DNA of 64,000 nt from Podarcis bocagei (lineage: Eukaryota), in assembly GCA_964188305.1 (NCBI GenBank), contig OZ076889.1. One strand, given 5' to 3'. The translations under genes and the position numbers were made by a program. Shown here one piece after another: positions 22,771 through 36,014 of this stretch. A model generated the notes under the pieces. It was not told where the DNA came from, did no database searches, and saw only the letters and a list, made by a program, of their open reading frames with translations. Position 1 is the stretch's first letter. Every line of letters begins with the position of its first letter.

Positions 22771-23191
22771 CTGAAAACCATTTCCAAAAACAATCAACCA
22801 GGAAATGAGTATTGCTTTGTAAAAACAACAATGGAGAGATTTTGTGCAACAGAAACCATGCTGAGGAAAGATTCCCCCAACAATTTCTGGTCAATTATAG
22901 TAATCACATTACAAGCAACATTTCAGTCAGATACCACATTCCCAGAACACGAGTTATATGCGGTTAAACACAGCAATTCTCACAGACAATAAGGTCACTC
23001 ATACAACTCGGTTACCCACCTAAGGGTAAATTGTTTCCTATTCATTCCAGGCAGTGTTGAAACATGCAAAGAAACATCATTGTCTTTCAGGAGGACAGCA
23101 CCATTAATCGTTTCTATGCCTAAACCTACAAACTTCCTTCTTTAGAGAGAACAAGGTTCCAAGGAAAAGGAGACCAACACCAACATATATA

Positions 23192-23409
23192 CAGTGGTAC
23201 CTCAGGTTACATATGCTTCAGGTTACAGACTCCGCTAACCCAGAAATATTACCTCGGGTTAAGAACTTTGCTTCAGGATGACAACAGAAATCGTGCTCTG
23301 GCGGCAGCGGGAGGCCCCATTAGCTAAAGTGGTGCTTCAGGTTAAGAACAGTTTCAGGTTAAGAACGGACCTCCAGAACGAATTAAGTACTTATCCTGAG
23401 GTACCACTG
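23192..23409. mobile_element. Tc1/mariner (Tigger-like) MITE
   Basis: TIRs CAGTGGTACCTCAGG / CCTGAGGTACCACTG; TA TSD. Confidence 0.88.
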
Positions 23410-23707
23410 TATCTCTTTCCAATAATGGTATTGTTACATGTGTCTCACTTCTGAACGTGGTGAGAAGTTTCAGGGGGAATGTTACCTGGACTTGGCTTAC
23501 TCAATATAAGAAAATAGAGGAGGGCAGTGTACACAACATACATTTTAAAGCACCCCCCCATAGCAACTGTAGTATGTTAAGGGATCTAGGAATGACAGCT
23601 TTGTGAGGGGTAAACCACAGCTGCCAGGACTGTTGTCATGAATGTGCTTTAAATGTATGATGTATACACAGCCAAGGTCTGTGGCCTTTTTATAGCATTT
23701 GCTTTCT

Positions 23708-23879
23708 GTAAAGGTACCAGTACCCCTGACCATTAGGTCCAGTCGCGGACGACTCTGGGGTTGCGCGTTCATCTCGCTCTATAGATTGAGGGAGCCGGCG
23801 TTTGTCCGCAGACAGCTTCCGGGTCATGTGGCCAGCATGACTAAGCCGTTTCTGGTGAACCAGAGCAGCGCACGGAAAC
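23708..23879 (-). mobile_element. Sauria SINE, 3' portion
   Basis: cccctgaccattaggtccagtc...cagcttccgggtcatgtggccagcatgactaagccg shared with the other copies. Confidence 0.85.
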
Positions 23880-23961
23880 AAAAATTTCCTTACAAAAATA
23901 TAATTGAAAGCAAACAGCAGGCACTCCTACAAGGCAGCTGATCTGCTGCTCCACACTAGAT

Positions 23962-24345
23962 AATGATGATGATTTGTTGAATTTATATACTGCCCTATAC
24001 CCAAAGGTCTCAGGGTGCTTCACAGAACAAAACCAGAATATAAGACCACAAACTATATAATCAAAATAAAAACAACAACCCAATAGCCCCCATCCCCCCA
24101 AAAAAAAACACATTTTGAAAGGGCACAGGATGTCTCAAATCAACCAAAGGCCTGCTTAAAAAGGAATGTTTTTGCCTGGCGCCTAAAGGCAAACTTCCCT
24201 GGGGAGAGCATTCCACAGATGGGGAGCCACTGCGGAGAAGGCGTGTTCTCATGTTGCCACCCTCCGGACCTCTCGAGGACGAGGCACATGAAGGAGGGCC
24301 TCAGAAGATGATCTCAGGATCCAGGTAGCTTCATATGGATAGACC
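23962..24345 (-). mobile_element. L2 LINE 3' fragment
   Basis: (GAT)n tail, tttatatactgccc..., ggggagagcattccacagatggggagccactgcggagaagg. Confidence 0.6.
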
Positions 24346-26003
24346 TGGGGTCTTGCAACGCACATGCAACGAACAGCCTTCAGCAAACAGGTGCATACTC
24401 TGTATCCCACCTTATTAGCTTTTGCACCATATTTCCCAATCTCTGGTGGCTATTATCTTCAAAACAATCAAGCAAACTCCATCTCCTAACCTACTAATGA
24501 AGAACCACTAATTCATCAGTGTTGTTGCACTCAGGTTCTATAGGCTTCCTATAGACATGTGGTTCACCACTATGAGAACAGGATGCTGGACTAATGGGCC
24601 ACTGGTTGGATCCAGCTGGTTCTTATGTTCTTATCACCAAGCTGTTAGTTAGCAATCTGCCTAAGAGAGGAATGCTCAGCCACAATAATTTTTACACCAC
24701 CAAACAAATGTGCTGATATGTCATTCATAGCATTGGCTGTTGTTTATCAATGACTGGAAGAAGAAAAACAGGGTAGTGATGATAAGGGCAGAACTTGAGG
24801 ATGACAATTATTCCATGCTAATTGGCAGAGTTCAGCACCTTCGAACTGTGTCAATACAAAAAATCTTAAGGAACCAGGAACAGTGGCCTGCCAAGAACTC
24901 TTAGGGGATGATCATTTCTACTTGCTGAGCACAGAGGAAATTGTGACAGAAAAACACTACAGCTATCAACCTTATTATTTGTGCATGCCTATAAAGTTAT
25001 ACAAAAACTTTGGAGGAGAAAAGCAACCAAAGCCCATCTTGGTAGATAACGGACTTGGAGTTCAGCCACTGTGAAATATGCACTCTAAAACCTTATCTTC
25101 CAAGTTCTTTATTGTCTGAGTGGAGGAGGCCTCAACCTCAAAAACTTTAACTATGTTATTTTAATGGTTTCTTTATTTGGTTTGACATTCCAAATTCCTA
25201 AAGAGTCAGGAAGCTTCCTTCCGTGACCCTCGCAGGGCAGAAACAAAAAAATCATGCTGCAGTGAGTGTACATGCAAATCAGAAAATTGCTTCCGCTACC
25301 CCCCCCTTACCCCACCCCAAAACTATCACATTGACTTGGTATTTTCACAGAGTTGCAAAAGCTTCAAGGGAGGAAGACTTTTACTGAGTAAAATTTAATG
25401 AGTAGGGTGGGTGATGGCAAAACTACACACTATGCTAACTGCATTTAAGGTGATCAGTTTTTAAATAAAAACACTGAGAAGCATTTGGAGCAGAGCAGAT
25501 GAAGAAATATTAACTTTTCTTGACGGAAATAGCCCTGTGAAGCTGTTGTTTGCATCAGGAAGGAAGCTCATTGAGTTGTAGAGTTGGAAGGGTCACCAGA
25601 CGGTCATCTAGCCAACCCCCATGCCAGTGTTGGGCCTAACGTAAAGGATCCAACGGTCCAGCATAGTTATAGGTGAGCGAAGAGATTATGGCTATATACT
25701 ACACCTCCAAGATCAGAGGCAAGATGCTTCTAAATCTCAGGTGCTAGGGATCATGAGTGCAAGAGGGCCATTTCCCTCATGTCCAACTTGTGGACTTCCC
25801 AGAGACATTTGATTGGCTGCTGTGGGAGACATGATTCTGCACTAGATAGGCCTTTGGTGTGATCCAGTAGGGCTCTTTGTACGCTGTTCTGTTTTGGAAA
25901 GACAGATCAGGATCTGAGGGGCCAAGGGCAAGGGCACAGAAGGCCAAAGGCAGAGTCCAGAGAAGACAGTGAGATGGGCAGGGCAAGATGGGTGAGGTGA
26001 AGC

Positions 26004-26313
26004 CAGGGGAGGAGGAAGGGGTGTGGTGCGTGCGGGTCACCCTGGGTGTCACCAGTGAGGGGAGTGACAAAATGCCGGGCGGCACTCACCGTGGGGCCTG
26101 CAATGCGCCAGAGCCACAAGTCTCTCCTGGGACAGGTGGCTTGGGCGCGCACCCAAATGGTCTGCCCACCGCCTCCCCCCCAGCTGAAGGGCAGCTGAGT
26201 GGGAGGAGGCAGGCAGACTCCGGAGGCCCCGTGGTGTGCCCTGCCCCTATGAGTGGCTCGCCCCGCCCCTGGGCACACCACCCCAGGTGCCCGAGTGGCT
26301 TCCTCTGCCGCTG
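26004..26313. mobile_element. hAT-type MITE, GC-rich
   Basis: 8-bp TSD ggtgaagc (25996-26003, 26314-26321); imperfect TIRs CAGGGGAGGAGGAAG / CTTCCTCTGCCGCTG. Confidence 0.75.
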
Positions 26314-29177
26314 GGTGAAGCACCCAGATGCTGCACTGCTATTTTCACTGATGGGTTGCTCAGAATAAGGAGCTGATTCTGAAATCTAGACTTTACAGGG
26401 CCCGATAGATTCAGGTAGGCTGATACTGCAGCCTACACAGCATCCTTCATGCCCAGAGGTTGGCCATGGTTGCCAAAAACCCAGTACACTGGTGGAACAG
26501 GCGATAAGGTGCCCAAGGCTGCTTTACTGAGGCTCCTGATTGAGACCTGCCCCAAGCCCAGGATCCTTACACGATACAAACATGGGATTCAACCCATGCA
26601 CATTTACAGGTGTGTTTCTTTAAACTTCCTTGACGTTCCTTAAAAAACCAAGGACCATCACAGCAGAGACACAGATCCTGCTTTCGCTCGCTTGTGTGCG
26701 TTACAAGCCAGACTTTTGCTGAAGGCGAATCTGATATGCCAATTCCATGCTGATAGTAATATCTATAGTTCCTTCCTTCCTTAGTCACTTTTCAGGCTGC
26801 ATTTTAAGTGAGGGCTGACTCTACAAACATGGCCCAAGAAAACAAAATTAAAAGCACATTTCTGCTGGCACACTCGCATGCCTTTCCAAAATGATAAAAA
26901 CATTCTCAGCCGTGCATGCGGATTGTGAAAAGCCACGCTGGAATAATATTGTCGCAGCCCACTCAACTTGAGTTGCACTGCGCAGCGCAATTATGTCAGG
27001 GGAAAGGCATTTGTAGGGGGGGGGGAATCTGCTTTTCTCATTTGTGAATGAATTGTTCTGTATGCTAAAGTTTGACAACAGTAGCGATCACATTTCTGAC
27101 TTAATAAAATACCATGACACTTAGTGAGACACTACCTCATAGTCCGTTGCCGACCGACACTATCATGTTACTGGGTAAAACACAGCAAAGCTGGACAAGG
27201 CAAGAATGTAGACCATATTTTACTACAGTACTTGGTTACCAGACTAATTTTTCATTCTTGCAGATTTTGCTTTTGAGACCTTGGTGAGCAACGAGGAGGA
27301 TGTGAACATCTGGGTGGCTCAACATGAGGCTCCAGTTTGGCTTGAATAAAGTTTGGTAATGAGGACATTTCCAAGACCAGGCTCCACATCTGTTGGCTTT
27401 AACTGATATGCTGAGATCTCATAGGGATCTGTGATTGCTGTGCCTCTTACAGGCCATGTGGGTAATTAAAATAAACCACAAGCACTACTTGTAGTCTCCA
27501 AGAGCAATTGCTATGGTGCTGTAATGTTTAGATCATCTCTCTCTGGTGATCAAATGCGAATCGGTATCTATAAATAAGCCAACAGGAGATGGCAGGCTCG
27601 CAAGGGAAATTCTGGATTTTATGGGCTCCAGAAGTTAGAAGATAGGATTGTGATTTTGTAAGTTGTCCAAAAAAAAGAAGAAGAAGCCAAAATTCTTGTA
27701 TTCTGCCCCTTAGGACTTATGCTTGCAAATGACACTGCAGTTTCATTCCTAGTATTGTAATTTTCTAGCCAGTATGGAATTTGAATGCATACACACCCAC
27801 ACCCACCCATACCCACCCTGATACTACAGACATTTGGAAATAGAAATAAAAGTAATTTACAAAGTTACTTTGGTGCTCTGATTAAAATGTGTACGTTCCT
27901 CGTTCAAATATAGTTTTTTATTTCTTTTCTGGACATCTCAGCCTAAGACAGAATGACTGTCCCGCCCCCCTCAAAAGCCCATATCTTACAATATGAACAT
28001 TGGTTGGCTCTCCTATAAATATGATTTCACTGTCCAAGTAAACTTTACTCTAACAGATCAACATGTTAATGTGCTTGAGAATTTGGGCTGCTAATTTAAA
28101 GCATTGCTTTGGATACGCAGTTCTTTAAACACTTCTCCAACAGGGCAAACGGACTTAAGTTTCAGAATGCCCAGTTGATATAATTCCATGAACATGGATG
28201 TTAAAAGTGCCAATACAATTGCACAACCAGGAGCAAAGCACATCAAAGCATCCACAATGTGTTCAGGGATTACATCACACTCGGTAGAACTTCCCACTTT
28301 CCATAGGAATGGAAAAGCAAGAGGTTAGCTTGAACCAGGGACTAACGTGAACAAAATTTACACCTCCCTGATCCTCTTGGTCTCGCTACTCCTCCAGCCT
28401 CATGAATGCATCTTATTTACATGCTAACCTACAAATAAGCCTGCTGGACCAATTCAGTTTTGGGTTATCTAGTCTTGCTTACCTCCTCATATACCACTTG
28501 ATGGTGCTACAACATACTGCAACTCTGGCAGATCAAACAGGGCACAATTCCCTCTGCTTGCCTTTCTACATCCCTCTCTTTCACTGACTCTCTTTCTCTG
28601 CATTTCTTTAGGCCAGCTAGACTAGATGACAGAGATGCAGTCCTGGCATTGTCTTTTTACACAGAAGCTACAAACGTGACTGCATCTGTGGCAGAGGAGG
28701 GGCTGCTTGAACCTTTCTCTATTACCTGTCCCCCCCCTCCCCCCCGGATCCAATTCCCTCTCCCAGGGACATTTCTTCCTGCACAGGAAACATATTTATT
28801 TCCTTTAAGCAGAGAAAAAGCACCAGGAAGGAGCAGTATTGATCAAGAAAAAGTGGCTCCATACCCGCCCACTCAACTCTTCTGTTCTGTGCAACTGGAA
28901 CTTTTACAAGTGCCACTTAATGTTTGTTCTGCGCTAGCAAGGAACCGATCCTTTAGTGTAGCAGCACCTACACTCTAATATTAGCCAGGTGTGTCTGTTT
29001 TTCCTGTTACTGGTGCCTTCTGAAAACTGCTTTGTTCAGGAAAGCCTACCCAGAAGACATGCCATTTTACGACGTGTATTTGTTTTTAAATGTAGATATT
29101 TTGATAATTGAGCCTATTTTTAATTTTATTGGCATTTTCTTCTGAACATTTTATATCGTTTCATGTTAAATGCTTAA

Positions 29178-29518
29178 AGGGACCCCTGACCATTAGGTCC
29201 AGTCGTGACCGACTCGGGTTGCGGCACTCATCTCGCTTTATTGGCCGAGGGAGCCGGCGTACAGCTTCCGGGTCATGTGGCCAGCATGACTAAGCCGCTT
29301 CTGGCGAACCAGAGTAGTGCACGGAAACGCCATTTACCTTCCCACCGGAGTGGTACCTATTTATCTACTTGCACTTTGATGTGCTTTTGAACTACTAAGT
29401 TGGCAGGAGCAGGGGCCGAGCAACAGGAGCTCACCCCGTCACGGGGGTTCGAACCACCGACCTTCTGATCAGCAAGTCCTAGGCTCTGTGGTTTAACCCA
29501 CAGCACCACTCGCGTCCC
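29178..29518 (-). mobile_element. Sauria SINE, full length
   Basis: tRNA-related head GGGACGCGAGTGGTGCTGTGGGTTAAACC on the - strand; 13-bp TSD gttaaatgcttaa (29165-29177, 29521-29533). Confidence 0.92.
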
Positions 29519-31299
29519 TGGTTAAATGCTTAAGAGCGCTGTTTCTCTAAAAGTGGACTTGGGGACTTTGGACCACTTTCAAGCCTGGTCCAGTGCCTCC
29601 TGGTTTGCCTGTTGCTCCCATTAGCTCCACCCTTTGACTGGTCCAGTCAATGCCAGCACCAGCAATTCCTAGCATGCCTAGTGAAGATAGCGATGTTCAA
29701 GAGTGGAGGAGGGAAAGGTAAGGGCCAGGGGTGATTTTCAAGGACATTAGAAATCAATTATGATTACAAGCAAAAACAAAATCTCAAAGCAGGAATGGAA
29801 AGGGTATAAGAGAAGAATGTTATTAGATGAAGAAAATGTAGGAGTCCAAGCGAGGAGGGATGTAAGTGAACTGCTGAATAGTGTGGCTGGGGAGAACAGG
29901 TACAAGTTGAAAACAATGGGCCAGGGTCTTTCACAACAATTTAGGGGGATAACTCTCTTCTTCTGTGCAAAATCAGTATGGATGACTGATAGAAGGCCAT
30001 TCAGTTGGAACGAAGCTGCTATTTAGCATCGTATGGGAGCTTCCCTTAGCAAAAAGGAAGCTTTTCCCCACTCCTCTGAACAAGCTACATTTTCAGGGTT
30101 CTCGGGGGGACGCTATGACTGTTAAAGTGGTATAATGGTTCTTTCAAAGGTATAGATGATTTGCTTTCTGAAACTCCATGGCAATGGGTGTTAAAGAAAG
30201 AGAAGCTGCGATCTCTCTTCGATTTACAAGCATCTTGTCTTCCAACACAGCACTGCTTTGGACGTACCAAACTCCACCTTGCATGAGAAATTCTCTCAGT
30301 GAGCAAGCAGGGGGACTGACTCTAAGGGGGAAAGGGGCTTGTGAGTCGGTTACTTTCTCTGTCCCCTGCCTGCCTCACCTTCCCTGAGAATTTTTCAGTG
30401 TGAAGTACCATCTTGTGCTCTGGGGAGCAAATGCAACGTTGAACACACAAATCAGAAGCACCTGAACACTCCTTCAGCATTTATGCATATTTAACTTTGC
30501 ACAACTGCAACCTTTGACACTCTCAGAAATCAGACTCCAATTCTTATAACACAGGGTTTGCTCAGGCAAATAACCATTCCATCATGAGAAGAGAGAGTTG
30601 TGGTTTTTTGTTTTTTTTTCTATACTAGCCTCCTAGAGCCAGTGCTGTGTTGTCTAAGGACATCTCAGCCACAAACTAATGCAAACTGCTCCGTCTAGCT
30701 GGCTAAACTAAGCATATTTTTAGCACTGCAATTGCTGGTTTGCCATGGGGCAATACACACTTTCCTTAGTCAGGGTCCATTCCGTAATCAAATTGCAAAC
30801 AGAATTTGGATCCTTGCACCAAACAGATTTCAAGCTTTTGGTTTGCTTGAAGTATATTTAAAAAGACAAATCCTTAAAAAACAGCCTTAAAAAGATGAAG
30901 GCTGTAACTGCTAAGATCTCAGACTGCAATCCTATACACATTTACCTGAGAGCAAGTCCCAATGAACTTAGTAGGACTTACTTCTGAGTACTTATGTAGA
31001 CAGTCAGTCCCAAATGCCTTCCAGAATCCCAAGGGCACCATTTGCCCTCCCACATTTTTATAAAGCAGGACATAGTATTGTCCCGTTTTCTGCAAGGTGA
31101 CACCGGACCCATTTACTCAGATCAATAATGTTTACATAATTTATGCCATTCACATGCTGTTACTTAAATTTATGCAATTCACATGGCTTTGGTTCTTTGG
31201 GTTGTAGAATTCTTGCTTTTTGAACTGCAGCAGGCCAAGAAACCCAAAATTACTGTTCTCTTATGTGGGATGGGAAATAAAGAGGTACAAATGTTCAGG

Positions 31300-31665
31300 T
31301 GGTTAGGTAGAAGTTTTCCCTCCCTGTCTCATAGCACTAAAAATCAGGGTCATCCAGTACAACTGATTGGCAACAGATTTAGCGCAGACAATAAGAAGTA
31401 CATCTTCACACAGCATGCAGTTAATTTGCGGAACTCGATGCCAGAAGACGTGGTAATGTCCTCTAGCTTATGAAGTCTATCAATGGCTGGGGCCTCCAGG
31501 TTCAGAGTCAATATGCCACTGAATCCTACTTGGTGGGAGCAGCCACAGGAGAGAGTTATTGCCTTCATGTCTCGCTTGCAGGCTTCCCAGAGGCATGTGA
31601 TTGGCCACTGTGGAAAAAGGGATCCTGAGATGGATGGACCAATGGTCTGATCCACCAGGGCTTTA
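31300..31665 (+). mobile_element. CR1 LINE 3' fragment
   Basis: Reads GHPVQLIGNRFSADNKKYIFTQHAVNLRNSMPEDVV (CR1 ORF2 end), followed by the CR1 3' UTR. Confidence 0.7.
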
Positions 31666-32307
31666 CTTTTGCCCTCCCTGCTTGCAATGGTGTGTCTTCT
31701 AATATGAAACAAGCCCTTGCTTGCCTCCTGGTGAGGAATTGACAGCACATATGCTAATCCTCAGATGCTTTTGGGTGGTCTGTAGCCTCTTGTTAGAATC
31801 ACAAGAGGCCCAGATTTCTGGCTGCAGCTTTGGCAACGTGGGATCATGAAACAAGAAGGCCCAGTAGAGATTGTGGTTTCCACGATCTGGTGGTGCCTAG
31901 TCCCTTTTCATTCCTCCTGACAGACGAGTGGTTTTTTGTAATTGGGTCTAGCCATTATTGAACAAGTATATCTCAGAGGCAAGTGCCACATGCTCATGAG
32001 ACACGGCTTCTCTTTCACCACAGCATGTATGAAAACAAGAACCGCATGCAGCTGAGATGAATGCATTAGCTGCAGCTCGTGATGTGCTTCCAGGTGGTCC
32101 CCGCTCAGTAGAAACCTATGGGTCTCAAATGGGCGAAACTTTGTAGAAAACAGAGAACAAAAAAGATTGGCTTCTTTTCTGAATGAGCAAAAAGTGATGG
32201 TGGCTGTTCAGAAGGAGTCAGGCTGACACTTCTTTAATGCTTTCCCCCTTTTACTTTCATCCCTAATCAATAAGACTGCTGGCAGAGCCTGTATTATTTA
32301 TTATTGT

Positions 32308-32459
32308 CACTGCTTTTTTCTGGGGGGAAGGGAATGCAGGGGTACGGATACCCCTAAACAGTTTGTGAATCTAAGTTTGGCTTCATTGAGGGGCAGTATT
32401 TCAATATGGGTAGGAAATTGAGAGTACGCCTAAACATTTTTTTTAGAAAGAAAGCACTG
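32308..32459. mobile_element. hAT-type MITE
   Basis: TIRs CACTGCTTTTTTCT / AGAAAGAAAGCACTG; 8-bp TSD attattgt / attattat. Confidence 0.7.
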
Positions 32460-33132
32460 ATTATTATCATACAGTGCCCAGCTATTTCAAATGCTGTGAT
32501 AATGATGAAGATGATGGGGAGGGAGGGAGGGAGGGAGGGAGGGGAAGATAATAGGAGATACTGATCTGCATCTATTTAGCTCTTGCTATGTGGGCTCAAA
32601 GCTAGTTTGATACATGGCCCTTGGCTCTGCAGGTAATTTAGCTTCACCAATTTATTAATGTTATGCTGATGATGATTTGGGTTTACCTGCTGCAACTTGA
32701 GTGTTGCTTTTGTATTATTGGGTCTTGATCACATGAAGGAGCCAGCTTATTTCCACCCCAAACTAACTAACAAATAACCAATAAAACAGGAAGCCCCAGG
32801 AGGCACAGGTAGCAAAGGCTTCATTCTTGAAATTTAGCAATACAGACACACAAAATTGTGACCATAACCCTCCTTTCACTGCCAAATAACCAGGGAGGAA
32901 AAACGTAAAGAAGACAGATTCAAATACTCTCAAAATATAATTTTACCTGCAATTATGTGCAATCCTATACAGACTTACCCAGGAGTTCAGTTCTACTGAA
33001 CTCACTGGGGCTTACATCTGAGTAGACCTGCACAGGACTGCACTGTAACAAAACTTTGGTTATAGAAGGACAAATGTTTCCAAAATGGGTAGATAAAAAG
33101 GACGTATAAATTGAAAGGAAACCAATACCTAC

Positions 33133-33222
33133 CTCGAGGTCATTAAAAAACAGGTGAGTATCTGCAAGGTTGAAGATCATTTCTTCCATCATAAGGCCTA
33201 TCCGGACGGATGTGGTGGTGTC
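33133..33222 (-). CDS. EYA2: EYA2 exon [30 protein letters not shown]
   Basis: ttctaacag|GAC ... GAG|gtaggt; 90 nt. Confidence 0.96.
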
Positions 33223-34415
33223 CTGTTAGAAAGGAAAAGCTGTCAACCATTTTAATATCTTTGGATTTTGGGATTAAATTTTGAGAAAACATATGATACT
33301 GAAACTCTACACTGGGGAAAACAAACAAAAAAGTAAGAACTTGCACCAGAATTAGGATATGTAATGCTATTCCCTCCTCTGTTCCTGTCTATCTTAACTT
33401 TATATATATAAAAGGATACCCCTACATCTTTCTCTCCCTCTCCTATAAACCATGGCAGCACAATACGGATTTCTATAAGCCTTGCCCTAATTTTTTGCAG
33501 ATTTCTGTGGAGGCATGTAATTGAATGGTGAGGTTAATCAAACAAATCCGTCTGGGAGAACCTACAAAGCAGCAAAATGCACAGACAAGAGTGTATTTCT
33601 GTCAACCTTTGCGGCAAATAGTGTTGACAACGGTTGATGTATATACGCATGGACCTAAATTATTATACATTCTTGATGTAGCTGTTAATTAAAGAAGAAT
33701 GGCTGCGGTTCCAGCCACATGGGTAACTTATGGGGGGCTGCATTGAAGGAAAAGGAAAGCTCTGATAACTTGATTGCATTTGAACATGAAAGCTAAGGGC
33801 CATCATCATCTCTTTTACTCAAAAGGTTTTTGTTTCAATATCCCCCCCCCCGAAAACCTTTGTGGCTATAACAAAAGCCAACAATAAACAGAACAGCACA
33901 GAGATTACAGAAACAGCAACTGGCTACTCAAAACGTTCTAAATCCCTTTCCCCACTACAAGTTACTGGATTGCATCTACTTTTTTCTTATATATTTGAGA
34001 ACAGGCCTCTGCCTCTTTCCAAGGGCTGCATGTGCAGATCACATGGGTAAAGATTTCACCAGGTACGGTCCATGAGTGCACCCCGACAGGGGAGTAATTG
34101 TTTGTCCAAACAGTGTTACATGAGCCTACAGTGATGTAAAAGTAAGTATGGGAAATTTCTTGTAGCTGCTGTTAGTTTTAGCACAATGGGCTCACATCTT
34201 CTCCTTTGTCGACACTCACTCAATATCACCCTTTCCCATCTTTCTGGCATGTCCCACCTTCCTTTTTAAAAATAATTTTCATTTTTCATTTAAAAAAACC
34301 CAACCACAACACAATAACCATTTTTTATTTATTTGTTCACTTGAGATAACCAAATTTACATACTGTTTGACAGTACTAATACTTCTAAGCGATTTTCTTT
34401 TTCAAGCGGTTTATG

Positions 34416-34660
34416 TGCTCCTGCCAACCTAGCAGTTCAAAAAGCACGTCAAAGTGCAAGTAGATAAATAGGTACCGCTCCGGCGGGAAGGTAAACGGCA
34501 TTTCCATGCGCTGCTCTGGTTCTCCAGAAGCAGCTTAGTCCTGCTGGCCACATGACCCAGAAGCTGTACACCGGCTCCCTTGGCCAATAAAGCGAGATGA
34601 GCGCCACAACCCCAGAGTCGGCCATGACTGGACCTAATGGTCAGGGATCCCTTTACCTTT
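34416..34660 (+). mobile_element. Sauria SINE, 5'-truncated
   Basis: Body matches the other copies; ends ...ccctttaccttt. Confidence 0.9.
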
Positions 34661-34670
34661 ATATATATTC

Positions 34671-35260
34671 TTTTTTCTAATATTTTTATTGGTTTTCATG
34701 ATAACAAACATCTTATAACAATAAACATTAAGAAATAAAAAAAAATTTGAACAACTGTATCATTTTGCATAATGTTTGTATTCAATACAGTGTCAAAATA
34801 TGGAGTTTCTCCCATCCCCCGACTCCCCTCTACCCCCTCCATGGTTCCATGATTTCATTGTTAAATCGTGCATGCCCAAATCATATTTCCATCCATTCAT
34901 ATCTATTTTTATCTATTATGATAGTATTGCAAGTGTTTTTTAGAATCCTGCCGATGTATTTACTTGTATATAATGCTTTGTCATATATGCAATAAAAGTT
35001 TCCCGTTCATTTTTAAATTTGTTATCATCCTGATTTCTAAGTCTACCAGTTATTTTAGCCATCTCTGCATATTCCATTAACTTATGTGCCATTTTTTTGT
35101 GTGTGTGGGAATTTTCTCCTCTTTCCAGCATTGGGCTATCAATATTCGTGCAGCCATAGTCGCATACATGAAAACATTTATATATTTTTTTGGTATTTCT
35201 CTTCCTATAATTCCTAATAGGAAGGCTTCTGGTTTTTTAACGAAGGTTATTTTAAACAAT
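34671..35260 (-). mobile_element. L1 LINE 3' fragment
   Basis: FKITFVKKPEAFLLGIIG...YATMAARILIAQCWKEEKIP / KLMEYAEMAKITGRLRNQ is homologous to the L1 at 15171; AATAAA and A-rich tail at the low-coordinate end. Confidence 0.8.
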
Positions 35261-35474
35261 ATATATGTATTATTTCAAATATCTCAATAAAATTATAAAA
35301 AAATAAAAAGAGAACCAACCACATCTTCTCATTCTTGCATTGGAGTCAAAAAGGCAAATGTATCAGCATTAACGGAGAGAAAGAGATTTAGATGCTTGTT
35401 AGCTAAACCTTGTGAAGCCTCATGCCTAAATATTTTATTAGTTTATCTGATCTGATCTGCCATAGAGGGCATAG

Positions 35475-35478
<4 letters not shown>

Positions 35479-35532
<54 letters not shown>
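35479..35532. repeat. (CT)27 microsatellite
   Basis: Direct reading. Confidence 0.98.
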
Positions 35533-35534
<2 letters not shown>

Positions 35535-35784
35535 GATTTCTGTTGACTGGTTTGAAAAGCAGCCTGCACATGATGTTAGCCACAATCCACATATATCCTG
35601 TTTTTTTCTTGGGAAAATGCTGCATTTTGATGCGTTCTCCCCCAAACCAGCTTCCATCTGAATGGAGAAAAAGAATGATCTGGCTGCGTTTTAAGCGAGT
35701 GATGTGTACAAAGTCTCTGACTACATGGGGAGACTTCAGTGCATGCAGCTGTATACAGCGGGGCTCTCTGCAGATACTCTATGA

Positions 35785-36014
35785 CAGGGGTCAGCAAACT
35801 CTTTCAGCAGGGGGCCGGTCCACTGTCCCTCAAACCTTGTGGGGGGCCGGACTATATTTTTTTTGGGGGGGGATGAACGAATTCCTATACCCCACAAATA
35901 ACCCAGAGATGCATTTTAAATAAAAGGACACATTCAACTCATGTAAAAACATGCTGATTCCCGGACTGTCCGTGGGTCAGATCCGGCCCCCAGGCCTTAG
36001 TTCGCCTACCCATG
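35785..36014. mobile_element. hAT-Charlie MITE (OposCharlie1/OC1-like)
   Basis: Perfect 8-bp TSD ctctatga; 5' end CAGGGGTCAGCAAACTCTTTCAGCAGGGGGCCGGTCCACTGTCCCTCA. Family assignment from memory. Confidence 0.8.

Noticed and set aside
25907-26368. Overlapping 126-138 aa GC-rich ORFs / CpG-island-like patch
   Set aside because: Explained by a GC-rich hAT MITE with an 8-bp TSD.
35403-35661. ER/SL-repeat ORFs
   Set aside because: Translations of the (CT)n microsatellite.
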